Virus record (IMG/VR): IMGVR_UViG_3300032235_000428
Coordinates: 1 to 64,000 of that record
Strand: one strand, 5' to 3'
DNA: 64,000 nucleotides
DNA from: a virus
Numbering within the stretch: the stretch's first letter is position 1; every line of letters begins with the position of its first letter. Position numbers and translations under genes: made by a program. Of the stretch, positions 1-9,220 are shown in pieces. The notes beneath the pieces are model-generated. The model saw only the letters and a program-made list of their open reading frames with translations, had not been told where the DNA came from and made no database searches.

Positions 1-288
1 AAGTTCAGGAGTATTGTAAGCAACTTTACAATCAACCAATTCATTCTTCAGATCATTACCAAACATCTGGAGTTGTTGCCAGAAGTTTACAAGAGGTTCA
101 TAAAGGTCATTTACCCAAATATCTAGATTGGGATACTTCTTTGTGATGTAAATTGCAACACTCCCACCACCAATAAATGGTTCTCGATACTCATCATAGT
201 TGCGAAGATCGGGGAAATAAGGTCCCATCTTTTCACAAGCACGGGATTTACCACCAGGATAACGAAGAGGAGTTTTAAGAGATTTCAT
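1..288 (-). CDS. dam: DNA adenine methyltransferase (Dam/D12 family), N-terminal part; runs off the window
   Basis: Not in the ORF track. Manual translation from ATG at 288 gives MKSLKTPLRYPGGKSRACEKMGPYFPDLRNYDEYREPFIGGGSV...IWVNDLYEPLVNFW, with the RYPGGK and EPFxGGGSV (SAM-binding motif I) signatures of Dam-type methylases. The start overlaps the upstream stop (TGATG). Confidence 0.9.
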   Translation of the reverse strand, partial: MKSLKTPLRYPGGKSRACEKMGPYFPDLRNYDEYREPFIGGGSVAIYITKKYPNLDIWVNDLYEPLVNFWQQLQMFGNDLKNELVDCKVAYNTPEL

Positions 289-812
289 CAAAGGATCTCC
301 ATAAGGTTATCAAGAATTTCTGAAGAACTAATATTCTTTTTAGCGGGAGTTATATTTTGTGCAAGGATTGTGAAATCACCAGGAAGAAGTTTAATTTTTG
401 CTACTGGCGATTTAGGAGTAAAATAAATACGCTTCTCTACAGTTTTCCAATCAGTTAAACCAAGTGTCATACTAAAGGTATCGACAAGAAACATGTAGTC
501 AAATGTTTTATCTACGACCTTAGTTTCTCCACGGAAGTTTTTAAGATCAATTGCTCCAGTGGAACCATTTTTGTTAAACAATTTCAATTTACCTTTCATC
601 TCATAAAGTTCATTATTAGAGGAAACGAAATCTACACCATCTCGATGATCACCGACATATTCAAATTGACCATTACTCCACTTTGCAAAAGATTTCTCTT
701 GTAACCAAGTTCTAAGAGTTTTAAAGGCATTAGATTTCATTTGGGTTGTATTTGTTGCATTTACACAACCAAAGAATTCTTCAAGATTGATTTTAGAAAG
801 ATCAAATTTCAT
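288..812 (-). CDS. Hypothetical protein with a PD-(D/E)xK-like nuclease motif
   Basis: 174 aa; GVDFVSSNNELYEMKGK fits D-x9-E-x-K; coupled to gp44 (ATGA) and dam (TGATG). Confidence 0.5.
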   Translation of the reverse strand: MKFDLSKINLEEFFGCVNATNTTQMKSNAFKTLRTWLQEKSFAKWSNGQFEYVGDHRDGVDFVSSNNELYEMKGKLKLFNKNGSTGAIDLKNFRGETKVVDKTFDYMFLVDTFSMTLGLTDWKTVEKRIYFTPKSPVAKIKLLPGDFTILAQNITPAKKNISSSEILDNLMEIL

Positions 813-1756
813 TTAAATTCACACTCACACATAATTTCAGTTAACGCCGCCAGAAGATTAATTTCTTGATCGGCAACAAAGGCAATCTGATACTGGTACT
901 TAGCAATAATAAGCACAGCAGCAGGAATAGAAGATGGAACCACAGTCCCATAAAGTGCATCATAAACCCTACGAAGAATGATACTACTATCATTATCAAG
1001 ATTAGATACAACCCATTTACGTACTTCAGTGAAGTTCTTTTCCTTAAGATTTTTAATAAGGTCATCAATCTTCACATCACTAAACGTTGCAAGAATAGCG
1101 GAATCAATTTTACCGCTAGATGAATATCTTTGGCATTCATTTAACACTCGCCTCCAATCTGGAAAGTGTTTATTGATAAGTTCCGCAAGTACTTTTTGAT
1201 CGAACTCGATGTGTTCTTCATCCAAGATGTTTTGCAGACGCTTGAAGAAGGATCCTGCCAATGATGCTTTTTCTTTCCCTTTGATTGCAAAATCAACAAC
1301 AGCACATCTTGAATGAAGCGGTTCGATGATTTTGTTTTTGTAGTTACAGGTGAAGATAAATCTACAGTTACCACTAAACTCCTCAGTAAACGCCCGTAAG
1401 AGGAGTTGTACGTCTGTTGTCGTGTTATCTGCCTCATCAATAATGATGACTTTGTGTTTAGCAGTTGACATAAGTGAGACGGTCGAAGCAAAGTTTTTCG
1501 CAGTGTTTCGGACAGTATCAAGGAATCTACCTTCGTCGGATCCATTAATGACATAAACATCTACTCCCAGTTCAGTACATAGTGCTTTTGCAACTGTGGT
1601 TTTACCACAACCAGCAGGACCACAAAGAAGCAAATTTGGCACTTCGCCTTTATTTAGAAAATCGATAAAGGTTTTTTTAATGCCATCTGGGAGAATACAA
1701 TCTTCAATTGTTTTGGGTCGATACTTCTCAACCCACAAAAATTCATCACGACTCAT
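809..1756 (-). CDS. gp44: Clamp loader large subunit (gp44, RFC-like AAA+)
   Basis: LWVEKYRP, Walker A GPAGCGKT, Walker B IIIDEAD, SRC motif. Confidence 0.97.
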   Translation of the reverse strand: MSRDEFLWVEKYRPKTIEDCILPDGIKKTFIDFLNKGEVPNLLLCGPAGCGKTTVAKALCTELGVDVYVINGSDEGRFLDTVRNTAKNFASTVSLMSTAKHKVIIIDEADNTTTDVQLLLRAFTEEFSGNCRFIFTCNYKNKIIEPLHSRCAVVDFAIKGKEKASLAGSFFKRLQNILDEEHIEFDQKVLAELINKHFPDWRRVLNECQRYSSSGKIDSAILATFSDVKIDDLIKNLKEKNFTEVRKWVVSNLDNDSSIILRRVYDALYGTVVPSSIPAAVLIIAKYQYQIAFVADQEINLLAALTEIMCECEFK

Positions 1757-1762
1757 AATTTT

Positions 1763-2275
1763 TTATACCCAATTAGGTTTTCGTTCTGGCATACGAAGAT
1801 AATTAGATGCAACCCAAGGTTTGGATGCGATATACATCTTGTAAGCAGTAAAAGTGTCAATGCTTGTGTCAAGTTTATACTCATCTGGCATAGCACGAGC
1901 AAATGGTGTTATCTCAACAATCTTCCCCCTAGGAAACAAATAGAAAGCATCCACAAGTGTCTTATAGCAGGAATGCGTTTTATTATATCGCAAAGAGTAC
2001 TCATCACACAAGTTAAGACCATGTTTGATCAACCAATAAGCATTGTGAATACTCTCTAATGCCCATTTAGTACAGGGATGATTGCGAAAAGCACCTTTTT
2101 CAGTTTTGTATGGGGTGTTATCAGTTTTGTACAAAGGTCCATAACCATGACCCCATTTTTCCGATGCCACAATAGAAAGCATTTGACAACATTCTAGTGG
2201 CATTTTGACAACATGCTTATCTGGGAGACAGATAGCACTTTCTGCTGGCCAAGGAGAGGTTGCGAAGATGTTCAT
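1763..2275 (-). CDS. Pyrimidine-dimer DNA glycosylase / endonuclease V-like protein
   Basis: MNIF...DKHVVKMPLECCQMLS...NHPCTKW...EY..RY.K.H pattern typical of the DenV/Pyr_excise-like family. Confidence 0.7.
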   Translation of the reverse strand: MNIFATSPWPAESAICLPDKHVVKMPLECCQMLSIVASEKWGHGYGPLYKTDNTPYKTEKGAFRNHPCTKWALESIHNAYWLIKHGLNLCDEYSLRYNKTHSCYKTLVDAFYLFPRGKIVEITPFARAMPDEYKLDTSIDTFTAYKMYIASKPWVASNYLRMPERKPNWV

Positions 2276-2937
2276 CCAAAAGTCGAGTCGGGTTCCAGAG
2301 CAATATAATAGGTCACATTAAACCCAGTATTTTTAAATTGTGACAAAAGTTTAGATGAAATTACAACTTCATAGTTTCCAGGAATAATCTTGATATTTTC
2401 TACCTTGAAATTGAAGGTAAATTCCTCATTAGTTTCACCCACAATGATAGAGAAATCATTGGAAGTGTCATTTTTCTTGTCCCGAACTACAAGTTTAACT
2501 ACACCTGCCTCACCAACTACAGACAAATCAGGAAGTTGATAAATTGATGCTGCTTTGAGCAGTTTGTCTAATTCTTTAGTATCGAGTAAAAAGCAAACAT
2601 CTTCAGTTGGCAAATTAATCGATTTATCTGGAGGACTAATGATTACATTTGGATCGGCAAAGAAGTATTTCGACCTGATTTTACCCTCTTTAATAACAAC
2701 ATAATTGTTATTTTGAAAATCCAGTTCCGCATTTTGATGTAGGTTAAGACCATTCAAAAATTGGTTCAGATCATAGATTGCAAAATCTTTAGGGATATCC
2801 TCTTCAATTACTGCTTCAGCAAGAATATTTTTCATTACTGAAATAGTGCGAAGAGAGTTACCCTGTTTAAATAAAATAGATTGATTAATAGAAGAAAAAT
2901 TCTTCAGAAGAGTAATCGTTTTGTCAGAGAGTTTCAT
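2272..2937 (-). CDS. gp45: Sliding clamp (gp45)
   Basis: MKLSDKTITLLKNFSSINQSI, FAIYDLNQFL, C-terminal YYIALEPDS; position before gp44. Confidence 0.96.
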   Translation of the reverse strand: MKLSDKTITLLKNFSSINQSILFKQGNSLRTISVMKNILAEAVIEEDIPKDFAIYDLNQFLNGLNLHQNAELDFQNNNYVVIKEGKIRSKYFFADPNVIISPPDKSINLPTEDVCFLLDTKELDKLLKAASIYQLPDLSVVGEAGVVKLVVRDKKNDTSNDFSIIVGETNEEFTFNFKVENIKIIPGNYEVVISSKLLSQFKNTGFNVTYYIALEPDSTFG

Positions 2938-2942
2938 AATAA

Positions 2943-3440
2943 TCAGCGAAATTCAGAAAGACCGTTATGTTGACGGGAATAATGCTTGTCGAAATGAAGC
3001 AGAAGCATAGCATAATGAATTACTTTTAGAAGGTCACGCTTATTACGACCATCTTTGTCACCGTAACGACTTCCATACTTAAGAATATTTGCCTGACAAA
3101 ATCCAGCGGCAAGTTTCTTTGCTGCCATCAAGTCAATTGTTTGAATGTCAGCGTACCCATCTTCGTCACCACAATAGTGTCCATGGTAAGTGCCGACCAC
3201 ATATTCTTCAATGTCTTTGAGGATTTTCTCCTCATCATATTTCCAAAGATGATTTTTAGATTCAGTCATAGTAACAGTAGTTTTTGTAAGATTGAGCATT
3301 CCAGATTGCTCATTCGTAGACAATGTAAATTTATTCATTTGATCAGGATGTTCATCCATAATAAAAGGGGAGATCATAGTTTTACCTCCCCCAATTATAT
3401 CAGAACGGAGCAGGTTGGTCAATGTTCGGAAGAACTTCAT
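2943..3440 (-). CDS. Conserved phage protein (DUF3310-like); true start probably downstream of the cobS stop
   Basis: HY...IQTIDL...GFCQANILKYGSRYGDKDG...DLLKVIHYA motif. The listed N-terminus overlaps cobS. Confidence 0.65.
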   Translation of the reverse strand: MKFFRTLTNLLRSDIIGGGKTMISPFIMDEHPDQMNKFTLSTNEQSGMLNLTKTTVTMTESKNHLWKYDEEKILKDIEEYVVGTYHGHYCGDEDGYADIQTIDLMAAKKLAAGFCQANILKYGSRYGDKDGRNKRDLLKVIHYAMLLLHFDKHYSRQHNGLSEFR

Positions 3441-4533
3441 TTGTTACCGCAGTAGGCATTTCAAAATTAGCATCAATCTTATCATAAAGTTCCAAGAAAG
3501 ATTGCTTGGTTTCATCATCAAATCGGTTTACACAAACTTGAATTGCCTTTGCCTTGTCGTTGAAAATGCTGTAGGCACGAATGATGTGGACCAGTCGGCG
3601 GGTGCTGATGATTTCCTCAATACCACCATCGTAGAAGGTCTTACGGATGATGTCTGCCCAATCTACCAGACGCTTACAGAAGTCACGATCCTCCACACCA
3701 AGGTCCAGAGCAATGCCCTCAAGGATCTTCTGCTCGGTGCTAGGAGCGGGATAGGACTGCTCAAAGGTCACAGGGAAACGCTCAAGGAACGCTTCGTTGA
3801 GCACATTGGTGCCGATGAAGCGACCGTCATCAGAACCCTTACCCTTGGTGTTTGCGGTGGCAAATACGTTGAATCCAGCAGCAGGTTTGACGAACTTTCC
3901 AATTTTCTTGAGGAAGACACCCTTACCTTCCAGAACAGATTGCAGGCACAGAATCTTGTTAGAAGCAAGGTCAATCTCATCCAGCAGAAGAATTGCACCA
4001 CGCTCCAGTGCCTCAATCACAGGACCATTGTGCCAAACAGTCTCACCATTCACAAGACGGAAACCACCGATAAGGTCATCTTCATCGGTCTCAATCGTGA
4101 TATTGACACGAATCATTTCACGCTTAAGTTGAGCACACGCTTGCTCCACACTGAACGTTTTACCGTTACCCGAAAGACCCGTAATGAACGTAGGATAGAA
4201 AAGATTGGACTGAATAATTTTTTTAATATCGTTAAAATTACCAAACTTGACGAAGGTATCATCTTTATCAGGAATCAGATTTTGTTCAACAACAGGAAGG
4301 ACTGCAGGAGCACTGTAGGAACGCTCAATTTCGTCAACACGTTCTTGAGTTACTTCCAGATTCCAACGACCACGATCAGTTTTAAATGGTTCCAAACGAC
4401 GAGTTACAGTTTGGTAATTCAGACTACGAGAAGCACAAAAACCACGAATATCCCCAGAACTAATTTCAGTTCCGTAAAGATTTTTAAGATCAGAAATGAG
4501 TTGTTCGTCAGTCACAGAATTTTTGCGGGGCAT
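3400..4533 (-). CDS. cobS: CobS-like MoxR-family AAA+ ATPase
   Basis: Walker A GLSGNGKT, Walker B LLLDEID, ATANTKGKG, NEAFLERF, ISTRRL; a core gene of cyanomyoviruses. Confidence 0.9.
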   Translation of the reverse strand: MPRKNSVTDEQLISDLKNLYGTEISSGDIRGFCASRSLNYQTVTRRLEPFKTDRGRWNLEVTQERVDEIERSYSAPAVLPVVEQNLIPDKDDTFVKFGNFNDIKKIIQSNLFYPTFITGLSGNGKTFSVEQACAQLKREMIRVNITIETDEDDLIGGFRLVNGETVWHNGPVIEALERGAILLLDEIDLASNKILCLQSVLEGKGVFLKKIGKFVKPAAGFNVFATANTKGKGSDDGRFIGTNVLNEAFLERFPVTFEQSYPAPSTEQKILEGIALDLGVEDRDFCKRLVDWADIIRKTFYDGGIEEIISTRRLVHIIRAYSIFNDKAKAIQVCVNRFDDETKQSFLELYDKIDANFEMPTAVTNEVLPNIDQPAPF

Positions 4534-4568
4534 AATAAAAATTAGTTTTGGTTCGTTTCAACAAAGTA

Positions 4569-4614
4569 ATTATACAGTCAGTATGGAGAGGCAACAGTAC
4601 TGCTTGTGACAGTT
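4569..4614 (-). promoter_or_regulatory. Early promoter for cobS: AACTGTCAC box plus TATAAT -10
   Basis: Minus strand: AACTGTCAC (4606-4614), 31 nt, then TATAAT (4569-4574). Confidence 0.7.
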
Positions 4615-4615
4615 C

Positions 4616-4819
4616 TCAATCTGGTTTGGGTTTCTTGTTTTTTTTAGAACAAGCATCTCTAGCCCATGCCCTAGACAGACTATTCACATAAGAACACGAT
4701 TTACCAGATTTGCCACAGTAAGGACATTTAGAATCTGGAGGATCGCCAAGATATCCTTCAGGTGTATACATCCTTTTCTTTTTTTGATTTTCCGATTGTT
4801 TTCTTTTTTTATGATTCAT
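4616..4819 (-). CDS. Small basic hypothetical protein with a CxxC motif
   Basis: 67 aa, CPYC...C...C; start overlaps the upstream stop. Confidence 0.55.
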   Translation of the reverse strand: MNHKKRKQSENQKKKRMYTPEGYLGDPPDSKCPYCGKSGKSCSYVNSLSRAWARDACSKKNKKPKPD

Positions 4820-6996
4820 TATGAAATCAAACTCACAAATTCATTAAGAATTTTTTTATTAGTTTTTTTAGATGACAACGATTTTGTGAAGGCACTTTTA
4901 ATTTGCCCTTTCGTTGCATCTTCTTCAACTTTAAAATCAGTAGAAGTATTTAACGAGTTAGAAGAAAGACCGAAATATGTACTATATCCAGAGGTTTTAA
5001 TTGCAAAATTCCTATTCTTTTTCCATTCACCCATCAACCTAGAGTATTCAGAAGTATTACTATACCCAGTGTAACGACGAATAAAGTTACCAGCATCCCT
5101 ACCTTGAATAATACGAATTCCAATGAAGTTAACATCCTCAAATTTATCTCGCAAGTTGCGAAGAAGAATATCAGTAAAATCAGAACTGTCATTAGTCATT
5201 TTATAAACTGTTCCGATTTTCCTATCCCTAAGAATAGTATTAGATCCAATAGAATTTAGACCAATATAAGGATTGGATTCTGAATGCCTTTTGAATTGCA
5301 TGTGGAATTTAGACCATTCACTTTCACCGTCAGTCAAAATAACACATTGAACTTTCTGAAGTTTATTTTCAAATTTAAACTTTGGAAGAATTTGGTGCAA
5401 AGCAATCAAAGTTTGGTTGAGAGGTGTCCCAGACAACATCAATCCATACGGGATACTGTAATTGTTTGAATGATTATAATAGTAATTATTCCTATGAAGA
5501 TTATTAGTTACCCTGAAAATATTCTTCATCTGATGTTCCAAAACTGAAGAACTAACCTTACTAGTAAGAATATTGAGGAGAGAAAAACTCTCATCAACAA
5601 AAACCAGTCCCTCTTTTTTATCATAGTGAGGTTCAGGAATTATTGCTTTACCCTTACTATCATAGTTCACACGTCGCCATTCATTAGTAAATGCATAAAC
5701 TTCAAAAGGAATATTAACTTTTTTACAAAACCAAATAAGATTGTAAAGTTGCTTAACTGTGTCAAAAAGTACATCAGACATTGATCCAGACCAATCAATG
5801 ATAAACACCAATCCATGGTTTTTACCATTGGCAAGTGTAGTCACTTTTTTAAACAAGTCTTCATTATACTTATAGGTATGAAGTTTTGAACAATCCAAAA
5901 TTCCAGTTCGAGCAGTAGTTGCCCTAGCGTAACTATCCGCAGATTTGCGACACTCAAACTCCTTAACGAGATAATTAACTTCCTTTTGAGCAGATCGCTT
6001 AAAGTCCAGATACTGCCTATCAATTAGATCAAATGCATCAGTTTTACCATCAACTTCAATCGTTGATTTCCAACTTTTATCACATTCCTCATGAATTTTT
6101 TTGTTGTCAATAATAACAGTATTGAGATTTAATTTCGGAAGTTCAACATACACACTTTCATACTTATTATTATCAACAAGTTCTTTGATAGATTCTTCAA
6201 GAGCATCAGCAGTTTTCACATCAATACCAGAAGTAAATCCACCAGTATTAGATTGACTTTGAGAATCTAGAGTATCGTCAGAATCATTTTGATCTGCTTG
6301 AGTTTCTGTAGAAGACTGCTGATCATTAGATTGAGAATTGGTTGCATTATTGTCACCTTCCTCACTTTGCTGATCAGAACTTTCATCATTATTACCAGGA
6401 CTATTTGGAGTGTGAGAGTTTAGAGTTTCAACTTTTTGCTCCATTTCCTGTTTTTCTTTACAATATTCGTAAAGCAATTCAGACGCAAGAAGAACATCAG
6501 CGAATGTTTCAGTTTGTCCTACAATATCAACAATTTCCTTCTCCTTTTCATCAAAGTTAACTTTGAGGAAGTTGCCAATTTTATAGTGAAGATTTACTTT
6601 ATCTGCAAGATTATACTCATCAACATCTTCACCATCAATAGAAAAGAAGTCTTGATCATTCAGTTCATTATACCCATTGTAAAACGTTTTCCTAAGACCG
6701 TCATAGCGACGTTTCATGAGTTTTTCAACCCGAACATCTTCAACAACATTTACAATTTGTTTGGGAACCTTACAAGTATCCCACCAGTCATCATCTGGAG
6801 TGAAGAGTGCATGACCAACTTCATGCCCAACAAGCATGTCGTAAATTGCGTTAGATGCCTTCTCCCACATTGGTAGGGTAAGAACCCGTGTATGGACATT
6901 AAAGCAGGCAGTTTGAACCTTTTTATGCTCAACCACAAGATCCTCTGTGGCGAGAAGACGAGCGAGATTGCCTTTTACTTCGTGGTTGATGGACAT
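4819..6996 (-). CDS. CobT-like protein: N-terminal HExxH metallopeptidase-like domain, acidic linker, vWA (MIDAS) domain
   Basis: GHEVGHAL and NVVEDVRVE; IDWSGSM (DxSxS MIDAS), SGTPL, ILTDGE; adjacent to the MoxR ATPase. Confidence 0.85.
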   Translation of the reverse strand: MSINHEVKGNLARLLATEDLVVEHKKVQTACFNVHTRVLTLPMWEKASNAIYDMLVGHEVGHALFTPDDDWWDTCKVPKQIVNVVEDVRVEKLMKRRYDGLRKTFYNGYNELNDQDFFSIDGEDVDEYNLADKVNLHYKIGNFLKVNFDEKEKEIVDIVGQTETFADVLLASELLYEYCKEKQEMEQKVETLNSHTPNSPGNNDESSDQQSEEGDNNATNSQSNDQQSSTETQADQNDSDDTLDSQSQSNTGGFTSGIDVKTADALEESIKELVDNNKYESVYVELPKLNLNTVIIDNKKIHEECDKSWKSTIEVDGKTDAFDLIDRQYLDFKRSAQKEVNYLVKEFECRKSADSYARATTARTGILDCSKLHTYKYNEDLFKKVTTLANGKNHGLVFIIDWSGSMSDVLFDTVKQLYNLIWFCKKVNIPFEVYAFTNEWRRVNYDSKGKAIIPEPHYDKKEGLVFVDESFSLLNILTSKVSSSVLEHQMKNIFRVTNNLHRNNYYYNHSNNYSIPYGLMLSGTPLNQTLIALHQILPKFKFENKLQKVQCVILTDGESEWSKFHMQFKRHSESNPYIGLNSIGSNTILRDRKIGTVYKMTNDSSDFTDILLRNLRDKFEDVNFIGIRIIQGRDAGNFIRRYTGYSNTSEYSRLMGEWKKNRNFAIKTSGYSTYFGLSSNSLNTSTDFKVEEDATKGQIKSAFTKSLSSKKTNKKILNEFVSLIS

Positions 6997-7175
6997 TGGA
7001 TTTCGTTTGAACTGACACCAGTATACGAAAAAGGGTCGCCTTGCTGACGACCCATGTGACGCTTTTTAAATTGTCTCAGTCGCGCCTTTGCTTGCCTGAG
7101 TGCTTGGGGTTTTTTCTTTCCCTTGTCATTTCTTTTGTGGGGATTTCGACCACTTTCCCATATTTTGTGTCTCAT
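6975..7175 (-). CDS. Small basic hypothetical protein
   Basis: 66 aa; KKKPQALRQAKARLRQFKKR; preceded by an early-promoter-like motif and an AGGA RBS. Confidence 0.55.
   Translation of the reverse strand: MRHKIWESGRNPHKRNDKGKKKPQALRQAKARLRQFKKRHMGRQQGDPFSYTGVSSNEIQCPSTTK
7020..7064 (-). promoter_or_regulatory. Early promoter for the vWA gene: AAGCGTCAC box plus TATACT -10
   Basis: Box at 7056-7064, 30 nt, -10 at 7020-7025; same geometry as the cobS promoter. Confidence 0.6.
7028..7053 (-). terminator. Intrinsic terminator-like hairpin embedded in an early promoter
   Basis: Minus strand GGGTCGTC-AGCAA-GGCGACCC-TTTTT. Confidence 0.6.
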
Positions 7176-7207
7176 TTTCCTTAGTGAGTTAATTGAACTA
7201 GTAAATC

Positions 7208-7252
7208 ACAGTATCAGAAAATCGGAGTAACCTGCTTTGGAGTGTGCCACTT
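7208..7252 (-). promoter_or_regulatory. Early promoter: AAGTGGCAC box plus TACTGT -10
   Basis: Box at 7244-7252, 30 nt, TGn-extended TACTGT at 7208-7213. Confidence 0.5.
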
Positions 7253-8963
7253 AAACAGCCATCCTACTGAAACTTTTAATTTTTTCGAATTTAACAACAT
7301 TTGTAAATTTGTCTCTCATACCCTCTTTATGGGATATAACAAAAATGTTAGCATCTTTGATTATAAATCTAATGATTTTTAAGAAATCATCAGTTCCAAA
7401 TCCATCGAGAGAAGAATCAAAAGTCTCATCAAAAATAATAAGATTACAATTAAGAGAATTTTTTATTTTTGCAATTTCTCTCCAGGTAAAAAGAAGAGCG
7501 AGGTCAATTCTCATTTTTTCACCTTCACTAAAAGAACTATAAGAAAAGTCTTCGTGAATGGGGGATTTAATAGATTCGTTAAACTCTTCGTCTAATGAGA
7601 AGTTGATATAGAAATCCATCATCTGTAGATATCTATTAACTTGCTGATTAATTAGAGGTAGATATTTTTTGATGATCTTGGTTTTAACTCCCCCATCTTT
7701 CAATAAACCATAGACAAAATCATAATAATTAATTTGTTCTTTTTTAGTTTCTGCCTCCTTAAAAGTTACTTCAAGTTGTTCCCTAAATTCTTCTAATTTC
7801 TCATGTTCAGTATTTCTATTCTTAAGTTGATTGGTAACAGTTTGAATTTCGTGTTCAAGTTCTCCGATTTGTTTTTGGCATCCAGAGATCCTAGTATTGT
7901 TTTGAGAAATTTCATTTGCGAGTTTAGTAACCTCTTTAGAAAGGGCGATAAATTGACGCTCTCGCTCTTCTTCTTCTTTAATTGTTTCTTCTAGTTCTTT
8001 ATAACCAGATTGCAACTCCTTTGCTTTATTTTGAGCGTCTACTATTCTATTTAATCTAAACTCTTCTTCTATATTTTGCGTACAGGTTGGGCAAACCGTA
8101 TTCTCAGTAAAAAACTTATGCTCCTCGGTAATGGTTGTTACTTTCTGAGAGATTTTTCCTTTAAGGTTTCCTAACTTACGTAGTTTTTCAGTTGCTCCAG
8201 TATAAGTTTTTAAATGCTCTTGCAGTTGTTCAATCTCATGATTTTTACTCTCATTCACACCAATTAAAGTATTTTCTTCATCAACAAGTTGTTGTATTTT
8301 TTCCTGCTTATTTTTAATATTATCTTTTCCTCGATTTTCTAACTCTTCGATAAAGTTTTTCTGCATTTTAACTTTATCTTCTAAAGATTCTTGCTTTAAA
8401 TTAAAAGTTTTGATAGTATCTTTAGTTTCCCTAATCTTTTCCTTTAAGACAGAATTCATAGAAGAAAATATTTTAATATCAAGCAAATCTTCAATTACTT
8501 CTCTACGATTAGATGTAGACAATTGCATAAATGGAACAAAACTGCTACTTCCAAGAATAACGATTTGTGTAAATGATTTGTAATTCATTTTCAAAACATT
8601 TTGCTCAAACCATTTTTGCTGATCGATTGCAGCAGCATCCTGATTTAAAAGAGTTCCATTTCTATAAATTTCAAAAATAGATGGTTTAATTCCACGTACA
8701 ACTTTCCAATTATTAGTACCTACAGTAAATTCAACTTCAACCAGACAATCCTTTTCATTAATGGAATTAACTAATTGTGGTTTATTAACACCACGAAAAG
8801 ACTTACCAAAAAGAGAAAAGGTAAGAGCATCTAACATGGTACTTTTCCCAGCACCATTATTACCAATAATTAAAGTAGTATCTGAATTAGTAAATAAAAT
8901 TTCAGTAAACTGATTGCCAGTGCTTAAAAAATTCTTATATCTAATCTTCTCAAATAAAATCAT
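7251..8963 (-). CDS. gp46: Recombination exonuclease ATPase subunit (gp46, Rad50/SbcC-like)
   Basis: GNNGAGKST, CPTC zinc hook, FSEGEKMRIDLAL signature, IIFDE, ISHK. Confidence 0.97.
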   Translation of the reverse strand: MILFEKIRYKNFLSTGNQFTEILFTNSDTTLIIGNNGAGKSTMLDALTFSLFGKSFRGVNKPQLVNSINEKDCLVEVEFTVGTNNWKVVRGIKPSIFEIYRNGTLLNQDAAAIDQQKWFEQNVLKMNYKSFTQIVILGSSSFVPFMQLSTSNRREVIEDLLDIKIFSSMNSVLKEKIRETKDTIKTFNLKQESLEDKVKMQKNFIEELENRGKDNIKNKQEKIQQLVDEENTLIGVNESKNHEIEQLQEHLKTYTGATEKLRKLGNLKGKISQKVTTITEEHKFFTENTVCPTCTQNIEEEFRLNRIVDAQNKAKELQSGYKELEETIKEEEERERQFIALSKEVTKLANEISQNNTRISGCQKQIGELEHEIQTVTNQLKNRNTEHEKLEEFREQLEVTFKEAETKKEQINYYDFVYGLLKDGGVKTKIIKKYLPLINQQVNRYLQMMDFYINFSLDEEFNESIKSPIHEDFSYSSFSEGEKMRIDLALLFTWREIAKIKNSLNCNLIIFDETFDSSLDGFGTDDFLKIIRFIIKDANIFVISHKEGMRDKFTNVVKFEKIKSFSRMAV

Positions 8964-9219
8964 TTTCTTGTGGTGGAATTACGAGGTCATTTGCGGTAAT
9001 TATAGCATATTGATACCCATGCATTTCACAGGTCTTTAGAATCATTTCATCTTCTATATCAATAACATGCATTGTTGGATAGTCCATTTCCTCTAACATC
9101 ATAGCAAATCTAACAGCATCATCCTCTTGCTCAAATAGATAAAGAATTTGATTTCCTTCTTCATCCACAACAGAATAAGCACCTTCTTCTTCTTTGCCTT
9201 CGATTGTTAGTATGTGCAT
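8950..9219 (-). CDS. Conserved cyanophage protein (DUF3110-like)
   Basis: EGAYSV...LYLFEQEDDAVRFAMMLE motif; located between gp47 and gp46. Confidence 0.7.
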   Translation of the reverse strand: MHILTIEGKEEEGAYSVVDEEGNQILYLFEQEDDAVRFAMMLEEMDYPTMHVIDIEDEMILKTCEMHGYQYAIITANDLVIPPQENDFI

Positions 9220-9220
9220 T

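Noticed and set aside
3415-4545. 376 aa plus-strand ORF antisense to cobS
   Set aside because: It mirrors a conserved gene over its full length, has no recognisable motifs, RBS or promoter, and is explained by codon bias on the coding strand.
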